A stretch of DNA of 64,000 bases from Bacteroidales bacterium (GTDB taxonomy: Bacteria > Bacteroidota > Bacteroidia > Bacteroidales > DTU049): the NCBI GenBank assembly GCA_012520175.1, contig JAAYOU010000029.1:8867-72866 (forward strand). The letters run 5' to 3'. Under the pieces are notes generated by a model, which ran no database searches, was not told where the DNA came from, and was given only the letters and a program-made list of their open reading frames with translations. Of the stretch, positions 9,058-17,583 are shown piece after piece. The position numbers were made by a program, and so were the translations under genes. Positions within the stretch are counted from its first letter, which is position 1; each line of letters opens with the position of its first letter.

Positions 9058-9807
9058 TTATTCGTACCATAAATCTATTGTTTCGCCCAAATTAATTTCA
9101 GCTTCTTCGCTATATCTCGGGCTTTGCTTTACAACTCTAACATTTATAGTGTCTTTTGGATTCATAAAAACTTCCCCGCCAAGATTAAGCCCAGCATCAT
9201 TAATAATTAATCTTGCTTCATCTCTTGTTTTTCCCAATAATTTTGGAATATATACTTTACCCTCACCTTTGCCGCGTCCTATTACCAAATCCACTTTCTC
9301 TCCCTTATTCAAAACATGTCCCCATTGCAAAACGCGACCTTTGTATTTTGCTTTCAATACAGTTTTTCCAACATCTGGCACATATTCTATTCTTCCAACT
9401 TTCAATCCATGACTTTCTAGCAATGCAGAAGATTGCCTTGCTGTTAGGTCTATTAAATTAGGCAATTTTGTTTTTTCGGGTGTAAAAGCGATTAGTGTTA
9501 AATAAACTGTTCGTCCTTTTTTCACATGTGAAGCTGGGAGCGGCAATTGACTTGAGACAGAGCCCGGTTTTTTGCTGTTATCATAAACAGAATCAACCAC
9601 AACAAAATTATAGTGCCGACTTTCTCTCATTTCATCAATTTCCATCATCGTTTTCCCTACAAAATCTGGTACTTCTATTGATTGCCCGTGAAAAGTATAG
9701 AGTCTTAATATGAACATCGTAATCCAAACTAATATTATTCCTACAAGAATTATTAGGGCTAAATTTTTCCAAAAATATTTACTTTTTATAAAACTTAATT
9801 TTTTCAT
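9058..9807 (-). CDS. membrane-anchored PASTA-domain protein with no kinase or PBP domain
   Basis: 249 aa with an N-terminal TM helix. Three PASTA-like repeats follow (VPDFVGKTMMEI..., LPNLIDLTARQSSALLESHGLKVG, IPKLLGKTRDEARLIINDAGLNLG). Confidence 0.75.
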   Translation of the reverse strand: MKKLSFIKSKYFWKNLALIILVGIILVWITMFILRLYTFHGQSIEVPDFVGKTMMEIDEMRESRHYNFVVVDSVYDNSKKPGSVSSQLPLPASHVKKGRTVYLTLIAFTPEKTKLPNLIDLTARQSSALLESHGLKVGRIEYVPDVGKTVLKAKYKGRVLQWGHVLNKGEKVDLVIGRGKGEGKVYIPKLLGKTRDEARLIINDAGLNLGGEVFMNPKDTINVRVVKQSPRYSEEAEINLGETIDLWYE

Positions 9808-9894
9808 GTTTTTTATTATTAAAACAGATTTGGCTTACTTTTATTGTGAAAAATTTTATTATTTGCAAAAATACAATATTTATGTTTTTGCTGT

Positions 9895-10683
9895 TTATTT
9901 TAATTCATAATTATCCCAATCTCTTGCAAAAGGAAAATCATTCCTATATTTCATTAGATTATCCTTATTCAATTCAACGAAAATAATATCGTCTTCATTA
10001 GTTATTTCTGGATTCCAAATTCCATCTGGATTTGCAAGTATAGAGCTACCATTATATTTCCAGCCATTTCCATCTATTCCCTTACGATTAACTCCCACCG
10101 CAAAGCATTGATTTTCAATAGCTCTAGATACAAGTAAATTATGCCAATGACGCTGCCTTGAAGAGGGCCAATTTGCTGTAACCAATAAAATATCGTACAA
10201 AAACTCATCGTTTGCAAAAGAGTTTCGCAACCAAATTGGGAAGCGCAAATCATAACAAATTGCCAATTTTATATTCCATCCATGATAGTTAAAAATTGTT
10301 TGCTGAGTTCCACTTGTATATTCCAAGTTTTCTCTACCCAACGCAAACAAATGCTTTTTGTCGTATTGATAAAATTTTCCGTCAGGATTCACCCAGTAAA
10401 AACGATTACAATAATTGTCTTTTTCGCTTATAATAACACTTCCAGCAAGAGCCACATTCTGTTCTGCGGCTAAGTTCTTCATCCAATTTAGCGTTTCGCC
10501 ATTTGCGGTTTCAGCTACAGAAGCAGGGTTTGTTACAAATCCAGTTGTAAACATTTCTGGAAAAACAAAAACATCTGCATTTTTAGAGTGTTCTTTTACA
10601 AAGTTTTCCAGCATGTTCCTATTAAATTCTGCATCCTTCCATTTTGTGTCGGGCTGTAATAAAGCCATTCGCAATGTTTTCAT
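9895..10683 (-). CDS. carbon-nitrogen hydrolase (YafV/omega-amidase type)
   Basis: 262 aa. The Glu-Lys-Cys triad contexts are VFPEMFTTGF, KKHLF and LAICYDLRFP. Confidence 0.8.
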   Translation of the reverse strand: MKTLRMALLQPDTKWKDAEFNRNMLENFVKEHSKNADVFVFPEMFTTGFVTNPASVAETANGETLNWMKNLAAEQNVALAGSVIISEKDNYCNRFYWVNPDGKFYQYDKKHLFALGRENLEYTSGTQQTIFNYHGWNIKLAICYDLRFPIWLRNSFANDEFLYDILLVTANWPSSRQRHWHNLLVSRAIENQCFAVGVNRKGIDGNGWKYNGSSILANPDGIWNPEITNEDDIIFVELNKDNLMKYRNDFPFARDWDNYELK

Positions 10684-10814
10684 TTTTTTATTTTTTATTT
10701 GCTAACATACGATTTTTTTAACATATACAAATGTTAATAGGAATTTTTTAAAAAAACAACTTACTTTGTCTTTTAGAGCATAAAACAAACTATCCAAAAA
10801 TCAAATATAAAAAT

Positions 10815-11819
10815 TTATTTCAATTTTTCAGCCAGTTTTCTCATTTCTGTGCTTGGGGAAACATTATTATGACAAATATTGTAAACCGCATTTAAAATTG
10901 GCATATCTATCTTATAAAACTCATCATTAATTTCCTTCATACATTTGGAAGCGGTATAACCTTCAGCTACTTGCTTCATTTCAATGCGAGAATAATTTAC
11001 GCTATATCCTTTTCCAATAAGAGTTCCAAACATTCGGTTTCTACTAAATTGGCTATAGCAAGTAACAACAATATCTCCAGAATATGATGTCATTATTACA
11101 TCACGTTTTAAATGGTTTACAGCGTCTAAAAATCGCCTCATTTCTACAATTGCGTTTGTTGTAAGAACACTTAAAAAATTATCGCCATAACCTAAGCCTA
11201 CACTTACTCCAGCAGCAACAGCATATACGTTTTTCAACACAGAAGCATATTCTATACCTTCAACATCTTGCGATTGAGAAATTCTCATATTTCTTTTTCC
11301 CAACACATCAGCCATTATGCCACTAACATCTTCGTTTTTTGACGCAACAGTAAGGAATGAAAGTCTATCCATAACAACTTCTTCTGCATGAGTTGGTCCT
11401 GCTAAAGCGCCATAATTATCTAAAGGAACATTAAAAACCTGATTAAAATATTTGCTAATAATAAAATTATATTCTGGAACAATTCCTTTCACGGCTGAGA
11501 TTACAATTTTATCTTGTAAGATATTTTTGTCTAATTGCTCTAATTGTCTGTGCAGAAAAGCTGCTGGAATAGCAAATATAACAATATCTGATTCGTTTAT
11601 TACATCTTCAAGAACATTGCTCATATTTAGCAGTCCAATATTTAACTCTACTTGGCTTAAATATTCAGGATTATGACCATTATTTAAAATAGAATCTATT
11701 ACTTCTTGCCGGCGAATAAACCAATTTGCATTTTTTTGATGATGCTGCAAGAGTTTAATTATAGCTGTTGCCCAACTTCCGCCGCCAATAACTCCTATTT
11801 TATGAGCAATTTTAATCAT
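10815..11819 (-). CDS. gpsA: NAD(P)H-dependent glycerol-3-phosphate dehydrogenase
   Basis: 334 aa. It has the N-terminal dinucleotide fold IGVIGGGSWATAI and a GpsA-like length and C-terminal domain. Confidence 0.85.
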   Translation of the reverse strand: MIKIAHKIGVIGGGSWATAIIKLLQHHQKNANWFIRRQEVIDSILNNGHNPEYLSQVELNIGLLNMSNVLEDVINESDIVIFAIPAAFLHRQLEQLDKNILQDKIVISAVKGIVPEYNFIISKYFNQVFNVPLDNYGALAGPTHAEEVVMDRLSFLTVASKNEDVSGIMADVLGKRNMRISQSQDVEGIEYASVLKNVYAVAAGVSVGLGYGDNFLSVLTTNAIVEMRRFLDAVNHLKRDVIMTSYSGDIVVTCYSQFSRNRMFGTLIGKGYSVNYSRIEMKQVAEGYTASKCMKEINDEFYKIDMPILNAVYNICHNNVSPSTEMRKLAEKLK

Positions 11820-11897
11820 TTCTATTTAAAAATAATTCTGCGAAATTACAACATTTTATTAAAACAACACATACCTGCTTAAATAGTAGTGTTTATA

Positions 11898-11938
11898 ATT
11901 ATTTTGGGCAAAACATAAATAGCTTTGCCCAAAATAAT
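11898..11938 (-). terminator. 15-bp perfect stem-loop downstream of the M49-like peptidase gene
   Basis: attattttgggcaaa (11898-11912) and tttgcccaaaataat (11924-11938) are exact reverse complements with an 11-nt loop. The hairpin sits 21 nt after the stop at 11959. No clear U-tract follows. Confidence 0.45.
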
Positions 11939-11958
11939 GTATGTTGTAATAACAGATT

Positions 11959-13608
11959 TTACAAATCAAAATTTTGTTTTCCTTGATTAAAAACTATATC
12001 AACAGGTATTTTATTTTCTTGTAGTCTGTCTAAATCTTTTTGTAATTCTGTTGAAATCACGCCATCACTTTCAACCCATTTTTTTACTTCGTCATAATTT
12101 CCGTCACCTTGCAATTCTACAATTTTCTTTACAAGAGATTCAACCACGCTTGGCATTTTGTCAAAATTAACAGTATAAAATCCTTTTTCATTACGCTGAA
12201 TAGCACCATTATTCATGAAATATTTAAAACACATCATGTTTGCCTTCCCATGAGCACTAGCAGCACCAAATCTAACTGATCTGAAAATACCTGCAACAAA
12301 TGAAACATAATTTTCTTTTATGTCGCCATCAGTAATTTCGCCTGCTTCACGTAATTTTGTAACTAAAAACAATCCCATTATATCAGCTTTGCACTCTTCA
12401 ATAGCAGAATAGGTGTCTTTTAGAGCCTCTCTAACAGTTCCTTTTCCATTAATGGTGTTTTTAACTCCAAGTCCGTGAGCTACTTCATGGAACATAACAT
12501 TTTGGAAAAAGGCATCAAACTTAACATATTGTTGCTGAGCTGGGTCGGTTAAAATTTTTGAAATTGGGAATAAAATTTTATCAAATTTCGCTTTCATTGC
12601 GTTTTTCAGTTGAAGTTTTCTTGTGCCTTTATTCAACTGTACCTTTTCGTCGTTTGGAAGATTTATAGCAATGGTTTTGCTTCCGCTATTGCAGTCACCA
12701 CCGTAAAAAATTGCTTCATAAACATTCATATCGCTGTCTATGCCAGGAGTTTCGCTTTTATAAGCATCTGCTACTGGTAATTTCTTTTGTAAATCAGGTA
12801 ATAATTTTGCAAATCTTTCCAGTTTTTTGCTCCATTCCACATCTTTAATTAAAATAAACGACTCAAACGCTGCTTTGTAGCCGTAAAGAGCATCTTCATA
12901 ATTTTCAATTGGTCCAACAATAAAGTCAATATTGGAATCTTTCATATCCATCCAAGCCATGTCGCTTTCATAATAATCAGAAGAAAGAAGGGCTTTTGCT
13001 CTCAATTCAAGATATTTTTTAAAACCGCTGTTTTCAGCTAACTCAGCTGCTTTCAGCAACAATTCAGAAGCCTTTGTAAGTTGCTCCTTATAAAACTCAT
13101 GATACCAAACAACGCTCAAAGATTTATCTTCGTTTCTCACAATCATGGTGTATAAGTTAGTTTTATCAGGATTGTCTAACTTTTCAAATTCTTCTTTTGT
13201 TATATCAGCAGGATAAAAGCCCGCTCCGGCTGGTTTTTCGCCAAATCCGCTTATAAAAGGCTTGTTATTGTCAAGTCTATCCCACGGACCATAATTTATT
13301 TCTGCAAAACGCTTTGCATCAGCATCTTTAATTGTGTCTAAAAAAGAACTTTTTTCTCCTATGGTTTGCATCCAAAAGAGGTCGTCCATAATTTCAGCAA
13401 CTTCAAATAGAATTGGAAGCATTTGCTTTTCTTTGGCGCTTAAATGGCTAATATCTGCTGTTAAATCAACCATTGCATACTGATCAACTTTTTCTTTCAT
13501 ATTGATTTTTGTTGTATCATTTTCATCTGTTTTCTTTTTGCCAGAACCGCATGAAACCATCGTTAGTACAAAAAGAGATAATGTCGGAATAAGGAATATT
13601 TTTTTCAT
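11959..13608 (-). CDS. lipoprotein, M49 (dipeptidyl-peptidase III)-like zinc peptidase with a pentapeptide HEXXH motif
   Basis: 549 aa with a lipobox (LTMVSCGS). FHEVAHGLG is followed about 30 residues later by AIEECKADIMG, which resembles the second M49 zinc motif EEC(R/K)A(E/D). Confidence 0.5.
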   Translation of the reverse strand: MKKIFLIPTLSLFVLTMVSCGSGKKKTDENDTTKINMKEKVDQYAMVDLTADISHLSAKEKQMLPILFEVAEIMDDLFWMQTIGEKSSFLDTIKDADAKRFAEINYGPWDRLDNNKPFISGFGEKPAGAGFYPADITKEEFEKLDNPDKTNLYTMIVRNEDKSLSVVWYHEFYKEQLTKASELLLKAAELAENSGFKKYLELRAKALLSSDYYESDMAWMDMKDSNIDFIVGPIENYEDALYGYKAAFESFILIKDVEWSKKLERFAKLLPDLQKKLPVADAYKSETPGIDSDMNVYEAIFYGGDCNSGSKTIAINLPNDEKVQLNKGTRKLQLKNAMKAKFDKILFPISKILTDPAQQQYVKFDAFFQNVMFHEVAHGLGVKNTINGKGTVREALKDTYSAIEECKADIMGLFLVTKLREAGEITDGDIKENYVSFVAGIFRSVRFGAASAHGKANMMCFKYFMNNGAIQRNEKGFYTVNFDKMPSVVESLVKKIVELQGDGNYDEVKKWVESDGVISTELQKDLDRLQENKIPVDIVFNQGKQNFDL

Positions 13609-13714
13609 ATTTTCAAATTTTTAGCTAAGATAAAAAATTTTTAGAAATTTTAATATTAACATTTCAAAGTTTAGCATTTATAAAATTTTATCTTTTTAAT
13701 TAAATGTAAAATGC

Positions 13715-13722
13715 TATTTTTG
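13715..13722 (+). promoter_or_regulatory. candidate -7 box TAttTTTG for the 13733-21057 operon
   Basis: tatttttg ends 11 nt before the ATG at 13733 and matches the Bacteroidota TAnnTTTG consensus. No clear -33 TTTG is present. Confidence 0.35.
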
Positions 13723-13732
13723 TACAAAAAAC

Positions 13733-15178
13733 ATGATATTTCCTTTTCTTCCAGAATTAAGCAACAATAATGCTATTTGCGTAAAAGACAAATTCTTTAC
13801 GTACACTCAATTTCGTAAAAGAATTGACAGTATCGCCTTTGAGCTTTCTACACACAATTACAAAAACGCAGCAATTGGTCTTGTAGCTTCTGACCACGTT
13901 GACACATACGCAGCAATAATGGCAATTTGGGCTACGGGAAACATATTTGTACCTTTAAATCCATATCATCCAAAAGACCGCATAGAAAGCATTGTTAGCC
14001 AATCAGAAATTAAATTGATTTTGTATAGTGTCGAAAAAGTTAATTCTGATAAAAATTTTGTTTGCACCTTAGACTTAGAAGAAAAAGGATTTACCGACAT
14101 TGCACAACCTAAAAATGAAGACATAGCCTACATTTTATTTACATCAGGAAGCACTGGTTTGCCAAAAGGTGTGCCTGTTTCCTACGGCAACGTGCGTTCC
14201 TTCCTAAAAGGATTAGATGCAATTCAATACGAGCTAGATGTTGACAGCAAGTTTTTGCAAATGTTTGATTTAAGTTTTGATTTGAGCATTGTTTCCATTT
14301 TAGCTCCAATGATTTTTAAAGGCTGCATGTTCACAGTCCCTAACAACGACATAAAGTATCAAACTGTTTACAGATTGCTAGAAGAATACGATATAGAGTT
14401 TGCTATTGTAGTTCCAAGCATTATTACATACCTACGCCCTTATTTTGAAGAAATTTGTCTCGAAAAAATGAAACATCTTTGCTTTTCTGCCGAGGCATCG
14501 AAAGATACAATAACTTCTGAATTTATGAAATGCTGCCCAAATGCGAAATTTTATAATTTATACGGACCAACAGAAGCAACCATTTTCGCACTATGGTATA
14601 ACATTCCAACAAAAAATATTCCTTCCCAAAACGGCATTATAAGCATTGGACAGCCTACAATTGAAACAGAAGCACTTATTGTTGACGATGAAAATAATAT
14701 TGTTAAAGACGGAGAAAAAGGCGAATTATTGCTGAGTGGAAACCAAGTTATAAGCTCATATTTAAAAGACGAAGAAAAGGACAAAGAAGCTTTTGTTTAC
14801 ATAAACAATAAAAGATATTACCGAACTGGCGATATTTGCTCAAAAGACGGAGACCTTTACTTTTATCTTGGAAGAAAAGACTATCAAGTAAAAGTTCGCG
14901 GATTCCGCGTAGAACTTAGCGAAATTGAACACCATATTACATCGTATTGCAATGAAAATCGCACTGTAGCTCTTGCTTCAAAAGACGAAAACGAAAGCGA
15001 AATAATTGTAGCAATAATTGAAAGTGAAGAAATTGACACTAAAAAACTAAACGAATATTTAAAAAGCAAAATGCCTTTTTACATGATTCCGTCAAAATAT
15101 TATTTCATGTCTAATTTTCCGCTAAATAACAATGGCAAAATAAACAGAAAAGAAATAGAAAAAATATTTTTAAACTAA
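13733..15178 (+). CDS. stand-alone adenylation enzyme (ANL superfamily, DltA/NRPS A-domain-like)
   Basis: 481 aa. Core motifs present: YILFTSGSTGLPKGV, MFDLSFDLS, NLYGPTEAT, YRTGD, GRKDYQVKVRGFRVELSEIE and NNNGKINRK. Confidence 0.85.
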   Translation: MIFPFLPELSNNNAICVKDKFFTYTQFRKRIDSIAFELSTHNYKNAAIGLVASDHVDTYAAIMAIWATGNIFVPLNPYHPKDRIESIVSQSEIKLILYSVEKVNSDKNFVCTLDLEEKGFTDIAQPKNEDIAYILFTSGSTGLPKGVPVSYGNVRSFLKGLDAIQYELDVDSKFLQMFDLSFDLSIVSILAPMIFKGCMFTVPNNDIKYQTVYRLLEEYDIEFAIVVPSIITYLRPYFEEICLEKMKHLCFSAEASKDTITSEFMKCCPNAKFYNLYGPTEATIFALWYNIPTKNIPSQNGIISIGQPTIETEALIVDDENNIVKDGEKGELLLSGNQVISSYLKDEEKDKEAFVYINNKRYYRTGDICSKDGDLYFYLGRKDYQVKVRGFRVELSEIEHHITSYCNENRTVALASKDENESEIIVAIIESEEIDTKKLNEYLKSKMPFYMIPSKYYFMSNFPLNNNGKINRKEIEKIFLN

Positions 15179-15867
15179 TGAAACCAGATTACACAATTAG
15201 ACGAGCAACAAAAAGCGACTATATGTTTTTAGCCGAAGCCGTTATTAAAGCTGACTTAGGAACAGAAGGCAAAAACTCAAGCTATGCTGCTTTGTTGGGT
15301 GTAAGCAACGAAACGGCGATTAATTCTATTGCTGCAATGATGGACGAAGAGGTTGGCGGCTGCGAATTTTGCCCAACGACATTTCTTGTCGCAGAGTGCG
15401 AAAACAAGCCTGTTGCCTGCGTTTCATCATGGATTGAAGGAGAAAACGACATTTCGTCATGGCAAATTCGCACTGCTCTAATAAGAGAATATTTCCCAAA
15501 AGGCTCTATTGAACACATTTTAAAACTTAGCGAGCTAACTAATGAAGTAATGGTGCACAGAACTGATGGAGCTTTGCAAATAGAGTCAGTGTTTGTTTCT
15601 CCGGAACATCGAGGACATGGATTGGCGTCAGAACTTATTAAAGCTCATGTTATTGACGCTCACAATAAAAATACTAGTGCAAAAATTGTAGAATTAATGA
15701 CTTATACAAACAATGAATCTGCTATTAATTCTTATTCAAAACTTGGATTTTCTATTATAAGCAAAACATGTAGTAATGATTCTAAAGCTTTGGATTTTTT
15801 TCCGCACAACAGCATGGTTTTGATGCAAGTTGAATTTGAAAAATTATTAAAACATATAAAAATATGA
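15178..15867 (+). CDS. GNAT family N-acetyltransferase
   Basis: 229 aa. The acetyl-CoA motif-A context is QIESVFVSPEHRGHGLASELI. The ATG overlaps the upstream stop (tAATGa), and its own stop overlaps the next ATG. Confidence 0.7.
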   Translation: MKPDYTIRRATKSDYMFLAEAVIKADLGTEGKNSSYAALLGVSNETAINSIAAMMDEEVGGCEFCPTTFLVAECENKPVACVSSWIEGENDISSWQIRTALIREYFPKGSIEHILKLSELTNEVMVHRTDGALQIESVFVSPEHRGHGLASELIKAHVIDAHNKNTSAKIVELMTYTNNESAINSYSKLGFSIISKTCSNDSKALDFFPHNSMVLMQVEFEKLLKHIKI

Positions 15868-16109
15868 AAAACGAAGAAATATCAAATAAGGTTCAAGAAA
15901 TATTTAGAGATGTATTTCAAGCTCCAACCTTAGAAATAAACCCTGAAATGACAGCATCTGATGTTGAAAAATGGGACAGCCTAACGCATTTAACTATGAT
16001 TGCAAAAGTGGAAGAGGTTTTCGGGTTTAAATTTAAATTGAAAGAAATGATCAAGATGAAAAACGTGGGAGATATGTTAAATATTATAAGCGAAAAAACT
16101 AATTCATAA
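15864..16109 (+). CDS. acyl/aminoacyl carrier protein (PP-binding)
   Basis: 81 aa. The phosphopantetheine-serine context is VEKWDSLTHLTMIAKVEEVFG. Confidence 0.8.
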   Translation: MKNEEISNKVQEIFRDVFQAPTLEINPEMTASDVEKWDSLTHLTMIAKVEEVFGFKFKLKEMIKMKNVGDMLNIISEKTNS

Positions 16110-16110
16110 A

Positions 16111-17583
16111 ATGAAAAGATTTCAAGTATTATTAATTATTTTATTAAGTGGATTATTATTGCTTGCTGCATCATATTTTTGGCCCAAAGATGATGTTAAA
16201 TTTGGCAAACATGTAATAAAATTTATACCTAAAAATGAAATATTAAGGTTTAAAGTTCAAGAAAGCTCTCAAAATGTGGACAGCATCATTGCGGCGTTGG
16301 AATCGCGTGCGTATGGCATTAACGAAGATAATATAAAACGCATGAGTATATTAGATGAATCCATTTTTTCATCAAGTCTTTTTTTAGAAAATCCTGAAAC
16401 TGGCAATGGAGAAACAGCTTTAAGCAACTTCTTTAAAGCTCTACAAAAAACAGACTCAACACTTATTCGCATAGGGCATTATGGCGATTCGCAGATAGAG
16501 GGAGACCGCATTACAAGCATTATTCGAATAATGTTTCAAGATAAATTTGGCGGAAACGGCGTGGGATATGTTCCTATAGATGACATAACAGATCCTGTAA
16601 GCTACACTAGAAGCTGTAGTCCGAACTGGGTGCGATATACTGTTTTTCACAATAGATCTTCAAAAGGGCTTTACAACAATGGAGGCTGTGTTTTTCGCTA
16701 TCGTTTTGTAGTGCCAGAAAGCACTAGAGACAGCATTTCAGACAAAGGCGACACAATAAAAATAAAAGTTCCTGCTGCGTCATATTCTGACGCTACTCTT
16801 TTTCTAAGGCTTTTCAGAGGCTATAGCAGTATGTCTATTTGGTACGGCAATGGGACAGAAAAATCAAATTTAAAAATATATAATAGCAAAAACAATGAGC
16901 TTTTAGCTAATGTTTCCTTAAACTCAGAAGACCTTTTTAATGTTTTAAAAATTCCGCTAACGCAAAATGCCACAACAATAAAATGCGTGTTTACTGGTCC
17001 TAGCCCAGAAATATATGGATTTAGCTTTGACCCGCTAAAAGGCGTTCAGTTTGACAATTACGGACTACGCGGTCATGGCGGCGAAGGAATTTTAAGTATT
17101 TCATCAAGCTTTTTAAATGTTCAATTCGTAAAACTTAATAATCAACTAGCTATTTTACAATTTGGCGGCAATGTAACACCATACGTTAAAAACGAATCAT
17201 CTTTAAATGGCGTAAAGCAAAGCTATAATAGGCTGTATGCACATTTCCGAAAAGCTATGCCTTCCGGCTCTGTATTGGCAATTGGCGTAAACGATGTAGC
17301 ACGCAGCGTTGGAGGCACATACGTGTCTTATCCAATGGTGGGTCGCATTCGTGATGTTCAAAAAGAAGTTGCCCTACAAAACGGATGTGCGTTTTTTGAC
17401 CTTTACAAGCTGATGGGTGGCGAAAACTCCGTGTTGTCTTGGCATAAAAAAGGCTGGGCATCAAGAGATGGGCATTTTAGCGATCGCGGTCGCGAAATTG
17501 TTGTAAACGAATTATTTATTGCAATAATGAGTGAGTACAACAAATTTCTTATTCATGGAACTAATTTAAAAAATGAGAAATAA
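16111..17583 (+). CDS. membrane-anchored SGNH/GDSL-like hydrolase or acyltransferase (DltD/AlgJ-like role)
   Basis: 490 aa with an N-terminal TM helix (VLLIILLSGLLLLAASYFW). SGNH blocks: IGHYGDSQIEGD, LAIGVNDV and SRDGHFSDRG. Confidence 0.65.
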   Translation: MKRFQVLLIILLSGLLLLAASYFWPKDDVKFGKHVIKFIPKNEILRFKVQESSQNVDSIIAALESRAYGINEDNIKRMSILDESIFSSSLFLENPETGNGETALSNFFKALQKTDSTLIRIGHYGDSQIEGDRITSIIRIMFQDKFGGNGVGYVPIDDITDPVSYTRSCSPNWVRYTVFHNRSSKGLYNNGGCVFRYRFVVPESTRDSISDKGDTIKIKVPAASYSDATLFLRLFRGYSSMSIWYGNGTEKSNLKIYNSKNNELLANVSLNSEDLFNVLKIPLTQNATTIKCVFTGPSPEIYGFSFDPLKGVQFDNYGLRGHGGEGILSISSSFLNVQFVKLNNQLAILQFGGNVTPYVKNESSLNGVKQSYNRLYAHFRKAMPSGSVLAIGVNDVARSVGGTYVSYPMVGRIRDVQKEVALQNGCAFFDLYKLMGGENSVLSWHKKGWASRDGHFSDRGREIVVNELFIAIMSEYNKFLIHGTNLKNEK

